Source: Lingula anatina
Lineage: Eukaryota > Animalia > Brachiopoda
DNA: 64,000 bases
Direction of reading: 5' to 3'
Assembly (NCBI GenBank): GCA_051362555.1
Contig: CM120641.1
Location: 8,804,001-8,868,000 of the forward strand
How positions within the stretch are numbered: the first letter of the stretch is position 1; every line of letters starts with the position of its first letter. Both the position numbers and the translations under genes were made by a program. Shown here one piece after another: positions 63,796 through 64,000 of the stretch. The notes under the pieces are model-generated. The model was not told the DNA's origin. It was given only the letters and a program-made list of their open reading frames with translations, and did not search any database.

Positions 63796-64000
63796 ATGTA
63801 CGCTACATTAGTTTGCCACATTGTCTTCTTTATCATATTACCAATGTCACCACTCATTTGTAACCCATTTAAGTCAGGTAAAATATGCAGTAAATTTATT
63901 GGAGAAAGATTTTTATTAAATACTGAAAAAAAATTTTGTATAGTACTAGTTAAAATGCCTTATGATGAAGGAAATCCAAACGTATGCTTTTTTTTCACAC

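Overview
AT-rich, intron-rich animal genomic DNA, most likely an invertebrate bilaterian (repeat families look lophotrochozoan/mollusc-like; inference). Five spliced genes can be assembled by hand from GT-AG junctions: the 3' end of CEP112 (+), a complete Axin (-), a penta-EF-hand peflin/PDCD6-like gene (+), RPUSD1 (+), and a 5'-truncated minus-strand gene (37451-59663, 12 exons, all phases compatible, 920 codons including stop). That last gene fuses a non-RD Pelle/IRAK-like kinase, a RING-like Zn finger, a metacaspase-type C14 protease with an intact His-Cys dyad, and an unrecognised C-terminal region; it is the main candidate for an undescribed system. Also notable: TCF/LEF plus Helper motifs at the Axin promoter and introns, apparent ancient CEP112-Axin-RPUSD1 microsynteny, and dense nested transposons (Helentron-type elements with expanding tandem arrays, MITEs, hAT relics, a LINE fragment) concentrated in the introns of the fusion gene. 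All homology calls are from motif recognition and memory, not database searches.
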